DNA of 64,000 nucleotides. Origin: a virus. The translations under genes were made by a program, and so were the position numbers. Positions 56,065 through 64,000 of this stretch are shown piece by piece. The DNA lies in IMG/VR virus record IMGVR_UViG_3300028800_000084, positions 7,286 to 71,285 of that record; one strand, 5' to 3'. Every line of letters starts with the position of its first letter. The stretch's first letter is position 1. The notes beneath the pieces are model-generated. The model saw only the letters and a list, made by a program, of their open reading frames with translations, did not search any database and was not told the DNA's origin.

Positions 56065-56823
56065 ATGAGCAATAACGCTCTAATCATACCTGATAACCCC
56101 CAATCCGACAATTCTTTCCATTTCGAGTTCAACGGCATACCTTTTAACGCTATCATAGGGAACGACGGCGACCCGTGGTTTTACGCCACGGACGTATGCA
56201 AAGCATGTGAGATTGACAACGTGTCTCAGGCGGTTTCTCGGCTAGATGAGGACGAAAAAGCCACTATCATTTCAAATGATACAGGGCGCTCGCATCTGAT
56301 GGTCAATGAGCCAGGGCTTTACGCCTTAATTGGTAGTAGCCGTAAAAAGACATCGAAGAACTTCAAGCGGTTCGTTAACCATGACGTTATGCCCGCACTC
56401 CGCAAGCGTGGAACCTATAGCATCAAGACGCTAAGCCCTGCTGAGATGCTTGTGGCCCAAGCTCAGCAAATGCTTGACCACGAACGACGGCTAGAACGCC
56501 TTGAAGCAGAATCGGCGGCGGTTCCTCAACTGGCAAACAAAATTGCGGACATCAACAACCGACTTGCCGACAGCGAGTTCCTGAGTATCTTACTGTGGTG
56601 TAAGACACAGAACATCAAGGAAGGGTTGCAGAGCGTGGCGCTACGGACGAAATGGGGCAAGGAGTGTGCGGAGTACAGCCGGACGAACGGCGTCCCGATT
56701 AAGAAGGCACTGGACGAACCGCACGCGCCCGGTCGGTATCATATCAGTGTGCTCAGCGCAGTGTGCAAGCCGAGGTCGTCCGTGCCGAAGCGGCAACTCG
56801 AACTTCCGACGGGAGGGAAGTAG
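56065..56823 (+). CDS. Bro-N antirepressor
   Basis: DPWFYATDVC...RLDEDEK...VNEPGLYALI..SRK...FKRFV.HDVMPALRK.G.Y. Confidence 0.92.
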   Translation: MSNNALIIPDNPQSDNSFHFEFNGIPFNAIIGNDGDPWFYATDVCKACEIDNVSQAVSRLDEDEKATIISNDTGRSHLMVNEPGLYALIGSSRKKTSKNFKRFVNHDVMPALRKRGTYSIKTLSPAEMLVAQAQQMLDHERRLERLEAESAAVPQLANKIADINNRLADSEFLSILLWCKTQNIKEGLQSVALRTKWGKECAEYSRTNGVPIKKALDEPHAPGRYHISVLSAVCKPRSSVPKRQLELPTGGK

Positions 56824-56825
56824 CC

Positions 56826-57320
56826 ATGCTGCAAATGTCACCTTTCGTCACCGATGGCTACTGGCTTGGCGTACCCGACGGCGACCGCCGCGCTCTGGCG
56901 CTGTACAAACGGCACTACACCTACCGCGAGTATAAGGATGGTCGCAATCGGACTATCTTTGTCGGCCCCGGTGAAAAGATGGTATTGCTTACGTTCCAGT
57001 GTGACGCGCTGTTTGTGTGGCGCAAATTCATCAGCCTTGACCATCAGGAAGGCGCGAATTGCGCTGTGTTCAGGAATGAAAGCTCAATCCTATCCAGCAC
57101 GCTTATTCTTGAGGCAATGGACATGGCATGGCGGCGCTGGCCTGGGGAGCGCCTGTACACCTACGTCAACGGCGGCAAAGTTGCCAGCGGCAATCCGGGG
57201 TACTGCTTCAAGTGCGCCGGATGGTCGGTATGTGGCACGACAAAGGGCGGGTTGGTGGTGCTGGACGTGCGACCGCCGTCCGCCGCGCCGGGGCAGTTGC
57301 CGCTGCCGGGGGAGAAGTAG
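56826..57320 (+). CDS. Mom-like GNAT-fold DNA modification protein
   Basis: RHY, GPGEK.VL, C.VFRNE, LYTYV, NPGYCF..AGW. Confidence 0.6.
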   Translation: MLQMSPFVTDGYWLGVPDGDRRALALYKRHYTYREYKDGRNRTIFVGPGEKMVLLTFQCDALFVWRKFISLDHQEGANCAVFRNESSILSSTLILEAMDMAWRRWPGERLYTYVNGGKVASGNPGYCFKCAGWSVCGTTKGGLVVLDVRPPSAAPGQLPLPGEK

Positions 57321-57323
57321 ACG

Positions 57324-57632
57324 ATGACAACTAACGTAACTCTGAAATTCACCCTCGGTACACTTATCGGCGCTCACCGCATTGAGCGCGGTTGGAGCCA
57401 GAGGGAACTCGCCAAGCGGCTCGGTATCTCACCGCAGTACATGAGCGACATTGAAAATGACCGCCGCGTACCGAGAAACTCCGTCATTCAGGATGTTGCC
57501 GATCTGTTCGAGATTGGTGCCGACCCGCTGTACTACGCTGTCGGTAAGCTCCCCCCAGACATTGACGGTGATTACCGTTCCTCGAAAATCCAAGCGGCGT
57601 TTGACGCGATGCGGGCTGAGTTGATGTCATGA
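57324..57632 (+). CDS. XRE-family HTH protein
   Basis: GWSQRELAKRLGISPQYMSDIENDRRVP. Confidence 0.9.
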   Translation: MTTNVTLKFTLGTLIGAHRIERGWSQRELAKRLGISPQYMSDIENDRRVPRNSVIQDVADLFEIGADPLYYAVGKLPPDIDGDYRSSKIQAAFDAMRAELMS

Positions 57633-58146
57633 GCGAACAAGCCGAATATAACCTCAACCGCGAAGAACAAATCGAGATGTCCCGCATTGACGCCGACTAT
57701 CAAACTCAATGGGACGAACTAGAGACAAAACACAGGTTGGAAAAGGATAAACTCTACAACGATTGGGTAATGCAACGCGAAGCGCTTACCGCCCGCAGCA
57801 AAGAGCGCAACGCCGCGCCGCGCCAGCACGAGGACGGAGGACGGACGGAATGAGCAAGGGCGACGAGACGCTATTTGAAATAGAAAGCAACGATGTCTAC
57901 GCCTCAGTTGAGGTCATTCGCCATTATGACGCCGTGACTGGCGTTCCATCAATCAGGTACTCCGTCTTTATTGACGATATGGGAACGATGGTGCTGCCTG
58001 AAAATAAGATGTTCGGATTCGTCAATCTGCTTAACGCCGCTATCAGTCGGGTCGTTGAGCTAGAGCAAGGCGGTGCCACGTGAGCGCCGCACAGGACGAG
58101 CGCGGGCGGGCGGTTGCGCTGGCGCGAAACAGTGCTATTTTGCCTA

Positions 58147-58181
58147 TTGCATTGTACCGCATTGTGCGCTAATATTGCGGT
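58147..58181 (+). promoter_or_regulatory. Promoter for a leaderless mRNA with inverted-repeat operator
   Basis: TTGCAT-17-TAATAT, 6 bp before ATG at 58182; TACCGCA...TGCGGTA inverted repeat. Confidence 0.65.
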
Positions 58182-58379
58182 ATGAAAACAAAGCGAAGCA
58201 CCAGTATACGGTTGTCGAATGAGGCTAAGCGGATACTCGAAGGGGCATCTGACGAAGCTGGAATTAGCCAGTCGGCAGCAATGGAAATCGCCATTCGTCG
58301 TTTAGTAAAATATCCCATAACCGAAAACGCTCTGGATGCCGCAAGCGCCAGAGCGTTAGCCACGCAAAAGGAGAAATAG
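58182..58379 (+). CDS. Ribbon-helix-helix regulator
   Basis: KRSTSIRLSNEAKRILEGASDEAGISQSAAMEIAIRRL. Confidence 0.8.
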   Translation: MKTKRSTSIRLSNEAKRILEGASDEAGISQSAAMEIAIRRLVKYPITENALDAASARALATQKEK

Positions 58380-58380
58380 C

Positions 58381-60735
58381 ATGGCTGAATGTAGTGTACC
58401 TCAAGATTACACATCGTTCCTCATGTCCAAACAGGCTATCGTCAAGCCGAGCGGCATTGATGTGCGCCCCGACGAAATTAACCCGCTCTTGTTTCCCTTT
58501 CAGCGGGACATTGTACGCTGGAGTCTGAAACTCGGTCGGGCAGCACTGTTCGAGGAATGTGGACTCGGCAAGACTTTTCAGTACCTCGAATGGGCGCGGC
58601 TTGTTCACCAGTATACGGGCGGCAAGGTGCTTATTCTTGCGCCGCTGGCTGTGGGACACCAGATAGGTCGTGAAGCGCTCAAGCTCGGCTTCTCTGTGCC
58701 GCAAGTCAAGCAGCAGTCCGACGTGGGTGACGCCCCGATTGTCGTCACCAACTACGAACGACTGCACCTGTTCGACGCTACGGCTTTTATCGGCGTCGTC
58801 CTCGACGAGAGTTCTATACTTAAGGCGTTCACTGGAAAAACTAAGCAGGCTTTGATAGACGCTTTCAGGGAAACGCCGTTCAAGCTCTGCTCCACGGCTA
58901 CGCCAGCGCCCAACGACTACATGGAACTAACCAACCACTCGGAGTTTCTGCGGGTCATGCCGGGCCACGAGATGCTGGCCCGTTGGTTCATCAATGATAC
59001 TATGAGCTTTGGCACGTATCGGCTGAAGGCCCACGCTGAACAGGACTTCTGGCGCTGGCTGACCTCCTGGGCAGTGTGCCTATCGCGGCCCGCTGACCTC
59101 GGCCCGCAGTACGACATTCCCAACTTTGACCTGCCGCCGCTCAACATCCACGAACATCGGACGGACGTAGCTCAGGCGACGATTGACCGGACGTTTGCCG
59201 AAGGGATGCTGCTGCCCGACACCGCGCCGTCGTCAACCACACTGCACCGCGTCAAGCGCGAGTCGCTGACCGACCGCGTAGCAGAAGCGGTGTCCATTGT
59301 CGCCGCTATCCCGCAAGAACGTCCCGTGATTATCTGGTGCGACACCAACTACGAGGCCGACGCGCTCATGGCGGCGTTCCCCGGTATCCTAGAAGTGCGC
59401 GGCGACCACAGTGCTGACGTGAAAGAGGAACGGCTGACCGCTTTTAGTGACGGCAACGCGCGGCTCATCCTCACCAAGCCTGACATCGCCGGGTTCGGTC
59501 TGAACTGGCAGCACTGCGCAGATCAGGTGTTTGTCGGCGTGTCATTCAGCTTTGAAAAGACCTATCAAGCGCTCCGCCGGTCATGGCGCTTTGGGCAGAC
59601 GAAACCCGTCGAGGCCCATCTGATTTACGCCGAAACCGAGGGTAACGTGCTGGCGACCTTAAAGCGCAAGCAGGAGGACTTTAAGCTGATGCAACAAAAG
59701 ATGAACGCCGCCATGAACGAACACGGCCTATTTCGCGATGACAGCAAACTGTCTCTCACGTCCGTTGCCTCAAACGCCGTTCAGGGCGCGAACTGGACGC
59801 TGTACCTGGGCGACTGCGTGACTGAAACCGCCAAACTGCCCGACAATAGCATCGACTTCGGTATCCATTCGCCGCCCTTTGCCAACACGTACATCTACAG
59901 CAGCGCCGAGGCTGACATGGGCAACTGCGCCGACGACGACGAGTTTTTCCAGCATTATGAGTATCTCATCAAGGAACTCTACCGCATCACGCGCCCCGGT
60001 CGTCTGTGCGCCGTCCACTGCAAGGATTTGCCACTATTCATCAACCGTGACGACGCAGCAGGATTGCGTGACTTCCCCGGTCATATCATCCGGGCGTTTG
60101 AGGCGAACCGCTGGATATTCCACAGCCGCGTGACTATCTGGAAAGACCCGGTAATTGAGATGCAGCGTACCAAAAACCACGGCCTGCTTCACAAGAACTT
60201 TGTAGACCGCGCCGAGGCTGTCCGGCAGGGCATGGCGGATTATCTACTTTTATTCCGCAAGTGGCCCATTGACGGCGGCGAAAGCGTCAAGCAACACCGC
60301 GTCCCCGGCGATTACATCGGCACGAACCCGCCGACCGAGTACGATACGCATCCCGGCAAGAAAAGCCGCCAAGCGAACTACTCAATTGCCGTGTGGCAGC
60401 GCTACGCCTCGCCAGTCTGGTTTGACATCGACATGACCAACGTCCTTAATTACCAGATTGCCAGAGACGACAAGGACGAGAAACACATGGCCCCGTTGCA
60501 ACTGGACGTGATCGCCCGCGCCGTGGACATCTGGACAAATCCCGGCGATACCGTCTTTAGCCCCTTTGCCGGGGTTGGTAGTGAAGGGTTCGAGTCAATC
60601 AAGTTGCACCGCAAGTTTATTGGCGTGGAACTCAAGGAGTCCTACTTCAACCAGGCGTGCAAGTATCTACGGGACGCCGACCAACTGGCGGCACAGGTTG
60701 ACTTGTTTACCTATAGCAACGTCGAAGTCGAGTAA
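58381..60735 (+). CDS. SNF2-type helicase fused to N4/N6 DNA methyltransferase
   Basis: GLGKT, LDESS, TATPAPN, RRSWRFGQ; then GDC, HSPPF, H.AP, PFAGVGS. Confidence 0.92.
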   Translation: MAECSVPQDYTSFLMSKQAIVKPSGIDVRPDEINPLLFPFQRDIVRWSLKLGRAALFEECGLGKTFQYLEWARLVHQYTGGKVLILAPLAVGHQIGREALKLGFSVPQVKQQSDVGDAPIVVTNYERLHLFDATAFIGVVLDESSILKAFTGKTKQALIDAFRETPFKLCSTATPAPNDYMELTNHSEFLRVMPGHEMLARWFINDTMSFGTYRLKAHAEQDFWRWLTSWAVCLSRPADLGPQYDIPNFDLPPLNIHEHRTDVAQATIDRTFAEGMLLPDTAPSSTTLHRVKRESLTDRVAEAVSIVAAIPQERPVIIWCDTNYEADALMAAFPGILEVRGDHSADVKEERLTAFSDGNARLILTKPDIAGFGLNWQHCADQVFVGVSFSFEKTYQALRRSWRFGQTKPVEAHLIYAETEGNVLATLKRKQEDFKLMQQKMNAAMNEHGLFRDDSKLSLTSVASNAVQGANWTLYLGDCVTETAKLPDNSIDFGIHSPPFANTYIYSSAEADMGNCADDDEFFQHYEYLIKELYRITRPGRLCAVHCKDLPLFINRDDAAGLRDFPGHIIRAFEANRWIFHSRVTIWKDPVIEMQRTKNHGLLHKNFVDRAEAVRQGMADYLLLFRKWPIDGGESVKQHRVPGDYIGTNPPTEYDTHPGKKSRQANYSIAVWQRYASPVWFDIDMTNVLNYQIARDDKDEKHMAPLQLDVIARAVDIWTNPGDTVFSPFAGVGSEGFESIKLHRKFIGVELKESYFNQACKYLRDADQLAAQVDLFTYSNVEVE

Positions 60736-60757
60736 CCTCTATCGCACGTCACGTCAC

Positions 60758-60782
60758 GAGCCGGGTTGTTCCCGGCTCTTTT
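60758..60782 (+). terminator. Intrinsic terminator
   Basis: GAGCCGGG-loop-CCCGGCTC followed by TTTT. Confidence 0.8.
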
Positions 60783-60834
60783 CGTTCTAGCTCCCCGCCT
60801 TGCCTAGCCCACCCTGCGCGTCCGGCACTACGGG

Positions 60835-61089
60835 CTAGACCTCTTGCCACACGCCGCCGGTTAGATAGCCGTGCCAGTCCTTGCCGCCGTTTCGCCCATA
60901 GCACAAGATGGACGGCGTGACGGTTATCGTGCCGTCGGCGTTCTCTACCACCGTATGCTTTTGCAGGCCGCCAGTGCCGAACCCCGGCGCGGGAACGTGC
61001 ATGAACCACACGCCGTCTTTGTTCTTGCCGTACTCGCCCATTTCGAGGGCGTACTCATCCTCTGCTAAGTCGTGCCGTTTCCCTTGCAT
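60835..61089 (-). CDS. Small protein, DUF6527-like
   Basis: ITVTPSIL...WHGYL..G.W. Confidence 0.55.
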   Translation of the reverse strand: MQGKRHDLAEDEYALEMGEYGKNKDGVWFMHVPAPGFGTGGLQKHTVVENADGTITVTPSILCYGRNGGKDWHGYLTGGVWQEV

Positions 61090-61093
61090 CGTG

Positions 61094-61651
61094 CTATGTC
61101 CCCGGCTTCGTGACCACGGGCGGCGCTACGTTCAGCCCGCCCGCCGTGCTTGCCCCGCCGATGCTCGCGCCCGTTGACCCTGGCGGCGGCACGAGGACGG
61201 GGCTAGGCGTGAACGCGGGCGCGGCGTCCACGCCCTGTACGACGCTGTTCGCCGTCTCCTGCTTCACGAGTATCTCGAACGGTACAACAGGCGGAACCAG
61301 CTTGACGCCCCGCGCTTTGGTCTGTGTCACCGTCGTGCCGTTCGTGGTCGTCGTTACGGTCGTTGAGCCGAGCGTGGGCAAGTACAGCGCGATTGCAAGG
61401 TGGAAAACTTGACTCCCGGCGGCGGTAGCAACGGCGGTGATAATGAAGTTGCGCCAGTCGAGGAAGGTCAGCGGCAGACTCGTCACGGACAAGAGCGTAA
61501 AGACCAGTGTCCACAGCGTACACAGGCCCAGGACAGCGAGGATTTTCTTGAGCGGCGCTTGCGTCGGGTCTTTGAAGAACGCGCCCTGTTCGCAGACCTG
61601 GCTGAGTATCGCGCCGACGACGGCGTTGAGAATGACGAGGTTAGTATCCAA
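61094..61651 (-). CDS. Membrane protein, possible holin
   Basis: About three TM segments at the N-terminus; low-complexity tail. Confidence 0.45.
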   Translation of the reverse strand: MDTNLVILNAVVGAILSQVCEQGAFFKDPTQAPLKKILAVLGLCTLWTLVFTLLSVTSLPLTFLDWRNFIITAVATAAGSQVFHLAIALYLPTLGSTTVTTTTNGTTVTQTKARGVKLVPPVVPFEILVKQETANSVVQGVDAAPAFTPSPVLVPPPGSTGASIGGASTAGGLNVAPPVVTKPGT

Positions 61652-61662
61652 CGTTCCCTCCC

Positions 61663-62382
61663 TTAGCCGAATAAGCCCGCTTTTCGCAAGCGTTCGGTCA
61701 TTTGCGCTTCATTCTGAGTTTGGAGTTGACGCTCAATCCACACCCGCGTATCAGGGTGAAGCTGGATTTTGTCGGCACGGGATCGGTACCACTTCGCGGT
61801 ATCAGGCTTGCCGAGCGCCCGACCTGCGCCCATCCAGTCCGCCAACATCTCACGGCGATGCGCATCGGGCATATCCAGCGCGACGGGGATGTACCATAGT
61901 GTTTGTTCAAGTTGCCGCTGCGCTTCAGGATCGGCTTTCCACCAGGGCGTATCGTGTCCATACAACAGCGCCGCCTCTTTGCCGTCGGCTGCGCGGTTAA
62001 TGGTGGCGTGAGTCATACCGCCGTCATAGGACTGCGGCAGGAACGGCGGGTGCGGATCGTCGTTGCGCAGCAGCCAGAACTGCCAGTGATGCTTATTGCG
62101 CTTCTGATGCAAATTCCAGGCGTAATCAAAGGCCCGTTGCACCTTCTGCGGCGTTTCCATCCTCGGCGTCAATTTGCCGTCAGGCAAGAACACCTTCGTC
62201 GTGGCGCTGGCAATTTTCGGCCCATAGAAATAGGCGACGTAGGGAAACCACTCATCGGGCAGAAACTTGTCCCAGTCGTGGAAGATGAGTTGCCAGATCG
62301 GGACACTTAAACTCAAGCCAGACAGAAATACAAACCACTTATGCTTGAGCATATATCGGAGATATTGCCAGTGGTGGAGCAT
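61663..62382 (-). CDS. HD-like (DUF5662-type) protein
   Basis: HKWFV, HDWDKF, H..RNKHHWQ.W, EM.ADW.GA. Confidence 0.7.
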   Translation of the reverse strand: MLHHWQYLRYMLKHKWFVFLSGLSLSVPIWQLIFHDWDKFLPDEWFPYVAYFYGPKIASATTKVFLPDGKLTPRMETPQKVQRAFDYAWNLHQKRNKHHWQFWLLRNDDPHPPFLPQSYDGGMTHATINRAADGKEAALLYGHDTPWWKADPEAQRQLEQTLWYIPVALDMPDAHRREMLADWMGAGRALGKPDTAKWYRSRADKIQLHPDTRVWIERQLQTQNEAQMTERLRKAGLFG

Positions 62383-62385
62383 AGA

Positions 62386-63006
62386 CTAGGCGCTCACCAC
62401 AATGCTACCGAGCGTAGCCGTAGCAGGCAGCGCAAGGTTGGCGGGCGTAGCGCTGGCGTCGTTGATTGAGCCGCCGTTCAGGTTGACGCTCGTGACTGCC
62501 AGAACCGCGCCGCCAGTCGTGTTGCCCGGCTGAACCGTGTACGGAAAGAGGATAGACGTTGAGCCAGTGCCGCCGCCATAATCTACGATAGACCCATCGG
62601 ACAGCGTGACCTGCGGCGTACCAGTCACGTTCACGGGCTTGTCGAACACGAGCGCTACCGTGATAGGATCACCTGCGGCTTTCGTTCCGTCGGCGGTCGG
62701 GGTTGTCACGCTTTGGATGACCGGCGCGGCGTCCGTGGGCGGCGTGGACGTGGGCTGGCGGGACACGATGAAGGCGCGGGTGTCCGCCTGTTCCGTCTGA
62801 TGGTTTTGGTTGCGCAAAAGAAGTCTTTGCGCGATTTCCACTTGCGCATTTAAGTCGGCAAGTTCCTGGTTAAGCGCGGTGTTCTCATCGGCCAGAACCT
62901 TGTCGTAAACGTCCAGATCGGCAAGCGCTTTGTCGAAATACCGCTGATCAGGGTAAGCTGTCGAATCAGGAAAAGTGATACGTGCGGGCGGGTTGAAGGT
63001 GTTCAT
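62386..63006 (-). CDS. Coiled-coil plus Ig-like domain protein
   Basis: GD.I...FDKPV.VTGTP....Y..G.G...F.YTV..G....L......LNGGSI.D.....A.L.LP repeat-domain motif. Confidence 0.65.
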   Translation of the reverse strand: MNTFNPPARITFPDSTAYPDQRYFDKALADLDVYDKVLADENTALNQELADLNAQVEIAQRLLLRNQNHQTEQADTRAFIVSRQPTSTPPTDAAPVIQSVTTPTADGTKAAGDPITVALVFDKPVNVTGTPQVTLSDGSIVDYGGGTGSTSILFPYTVQPGNTTGGAVLAVTSVNLNGGSINDASATPANLALPATATLGSIVVSA

Positions 63007-63019
63007 TTAGACGGTTCTC

Positions 63020-63898
63020 CTATTGATAGTTCAAGTATACATCTGTTCTATAAGAACGAGATAAGCGACTGAGCCACACCAGCGCCACCGGAAGCGCCAG
63101 CGTGAGCGCGGGCAGCAGCAGTCGTACCTCATGCCAGGTGCCGAACACGGCGAACAGCGCCATATACGGAACGGCCACTAGCGCAATTCGGCGCGTCCGC
63201 AACGACACGGCGTGATAGCCGAACACGACCGCCGCCAGCACGGGCGCGAACAGCGGCAATTTCCATTGAGCCTCACCCAACCACCAGCCACTTGTGTTGC
63301 GCTGCCACGTCTGCGCAATCGACAGCGAGTTCGGCACGGGGCCGAGCGCCAACCGCAACCCGACGAACATCACGCCCCATGCGACAGCGGACGGCAGCCA
63401 CAACCGCCAGTCACGCGGACGCAGAGCGAAGGCGACAAGGGGCAGCAGCACCGTCGTCTCGCGGTTCAAGGTCGCTACGGCGGTCAGCGCGGCGAAGGGC
63501 GCTATCCAGGCGGGTCGGTAGGTCAACAATAGTAGTCCGGCACACAGAAACACCACCTCAAGGGCGCTGTATAGAGCAAAGCCCCATACCTCGAACATGA
63601 CGGGAAGGTATAGTGCCACAAGCGCTACGCCGAACAGTGACCAGTTAGGCGAAACCGACACCCGCAACCACACATACAGCGCTAACAACATCACCGGCAG
63701 CACGATAACGTGAGCCGCAATGTAAGCGGGCGCGGACAGTGGCAGGAAGACGCCGACCAGCACGCGGTAGTGAAACGGCGCGGTAGCCATCAGTGCCGCC
63801 GTTGCCGCCGCGCAGTTAGGGCAAAATGTCGGCAGCGTGGCGGCGTAGTACGCGCCAGCGAGAAGGCCGAGGGCGGCGACACAGGCCGCGCGTATCAT
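63020..63898 (-). CDS. Polytopic membrane protein, GT-C-like
   Basis: About 9 TM segments; APFHYRVL, ATLNRET, E.RLLLP motifs. Confidence 0.55.
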   Translation of the reverse strand: MIRAACVAALGLLAGAYYAATLPTFCPNCAAATAALMATAPFHYRVLVGVFLPLSAPAYIAAHVIVLPVMLLALYVWLRVSVSPNWSLFGVALVALYLPVMFEVWGFALYSALEVVFLCAGLLLLTYRPAWIAPFAALTAVATLNRETTVLLPLVAFALRPRDWRLWLPSAVAWGVMFVGLRLALGPVPNSLSIAQTWQRNTSGWWLGEAQWKLPLFAPVLAAVVFGYHAVSLRTRRIALVAVPYMALFAVFGTWHEVRLLLPALTLALPVALVWLSRLSRSYRTDVYLNYQ

Positions 63899-64000
63899 AT
63901 GACCTGCACTACTGCTGCAACAGACGACGGAGGCGACAGGCTGATCTCCACCTGCGCGACGACCAGTCCGACGCGCGCCAGTTGTTGGAGAAGTATTTCG

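Noticed and set aside
1-64000. Stop-codon reassignment, tRNA genes, integrase, endolysin
   Set aside because: Core genes are intact in the standard code and use all three stops. No cloverleaf, recombinase or lysin motif was recognised; they may lie outside the window.

Overview
The whole window reads as part of a tailed dsDNA bacteriophage (siphovirus-like) genome of roughly 60% GC, with no host housekeeping genes, tRNA, CRISPR array or integrase visible. Minus strand 1-24.8 kb holds the morphogenesis and packaging arm: tape measure (cut by the window edge), tail chaperones, major tail, head-tail proteins, capsid, decoration protein, protease/scaffold, MuF-like protein, portal, TerL and a probable TerS. 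It is interrupted by glycosyl- and methyltransferases and by antisense HNH inserts. Plus strand 25.1-31.1 kb is a probable early region of small genes separated by long hairpins. Minus strand 31-52.8 kb carries replication and DNA-modification genes and many small genes. Plus strand 52.9-60.7 kb holds a candidate ncRNA, a Bro antirepressor, a Mom-like enzyme and an SNF2-methyltransferase fusion. Minus strand 60.8-64 kb encodes membrane or accessory proteins. The most notable hidden signals are: (1) about eight sar/CopA-like antisense-RNA cassettes whose promoters are written into the first codons of genes, including a leader peptide coupled to the replication initiator; (2) a covarying pseudoknot RNA leader shared by two antisense HNH genes; (3) a C5 methyltransferase split over two nearly fully overlapping frames; (4) ten partly phased TGTAWTACA palindromes in and upstream of an RHH-like gene; (5) a ~270-nt orphan structured RNA convergent with a 30-aa membrane peptide; (6) MutS-CTD, RNAP alpha-CTD and clamp-motif host-mimic candidates; (7) a dif-like site. 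All calls are by eye, with no database searches run.
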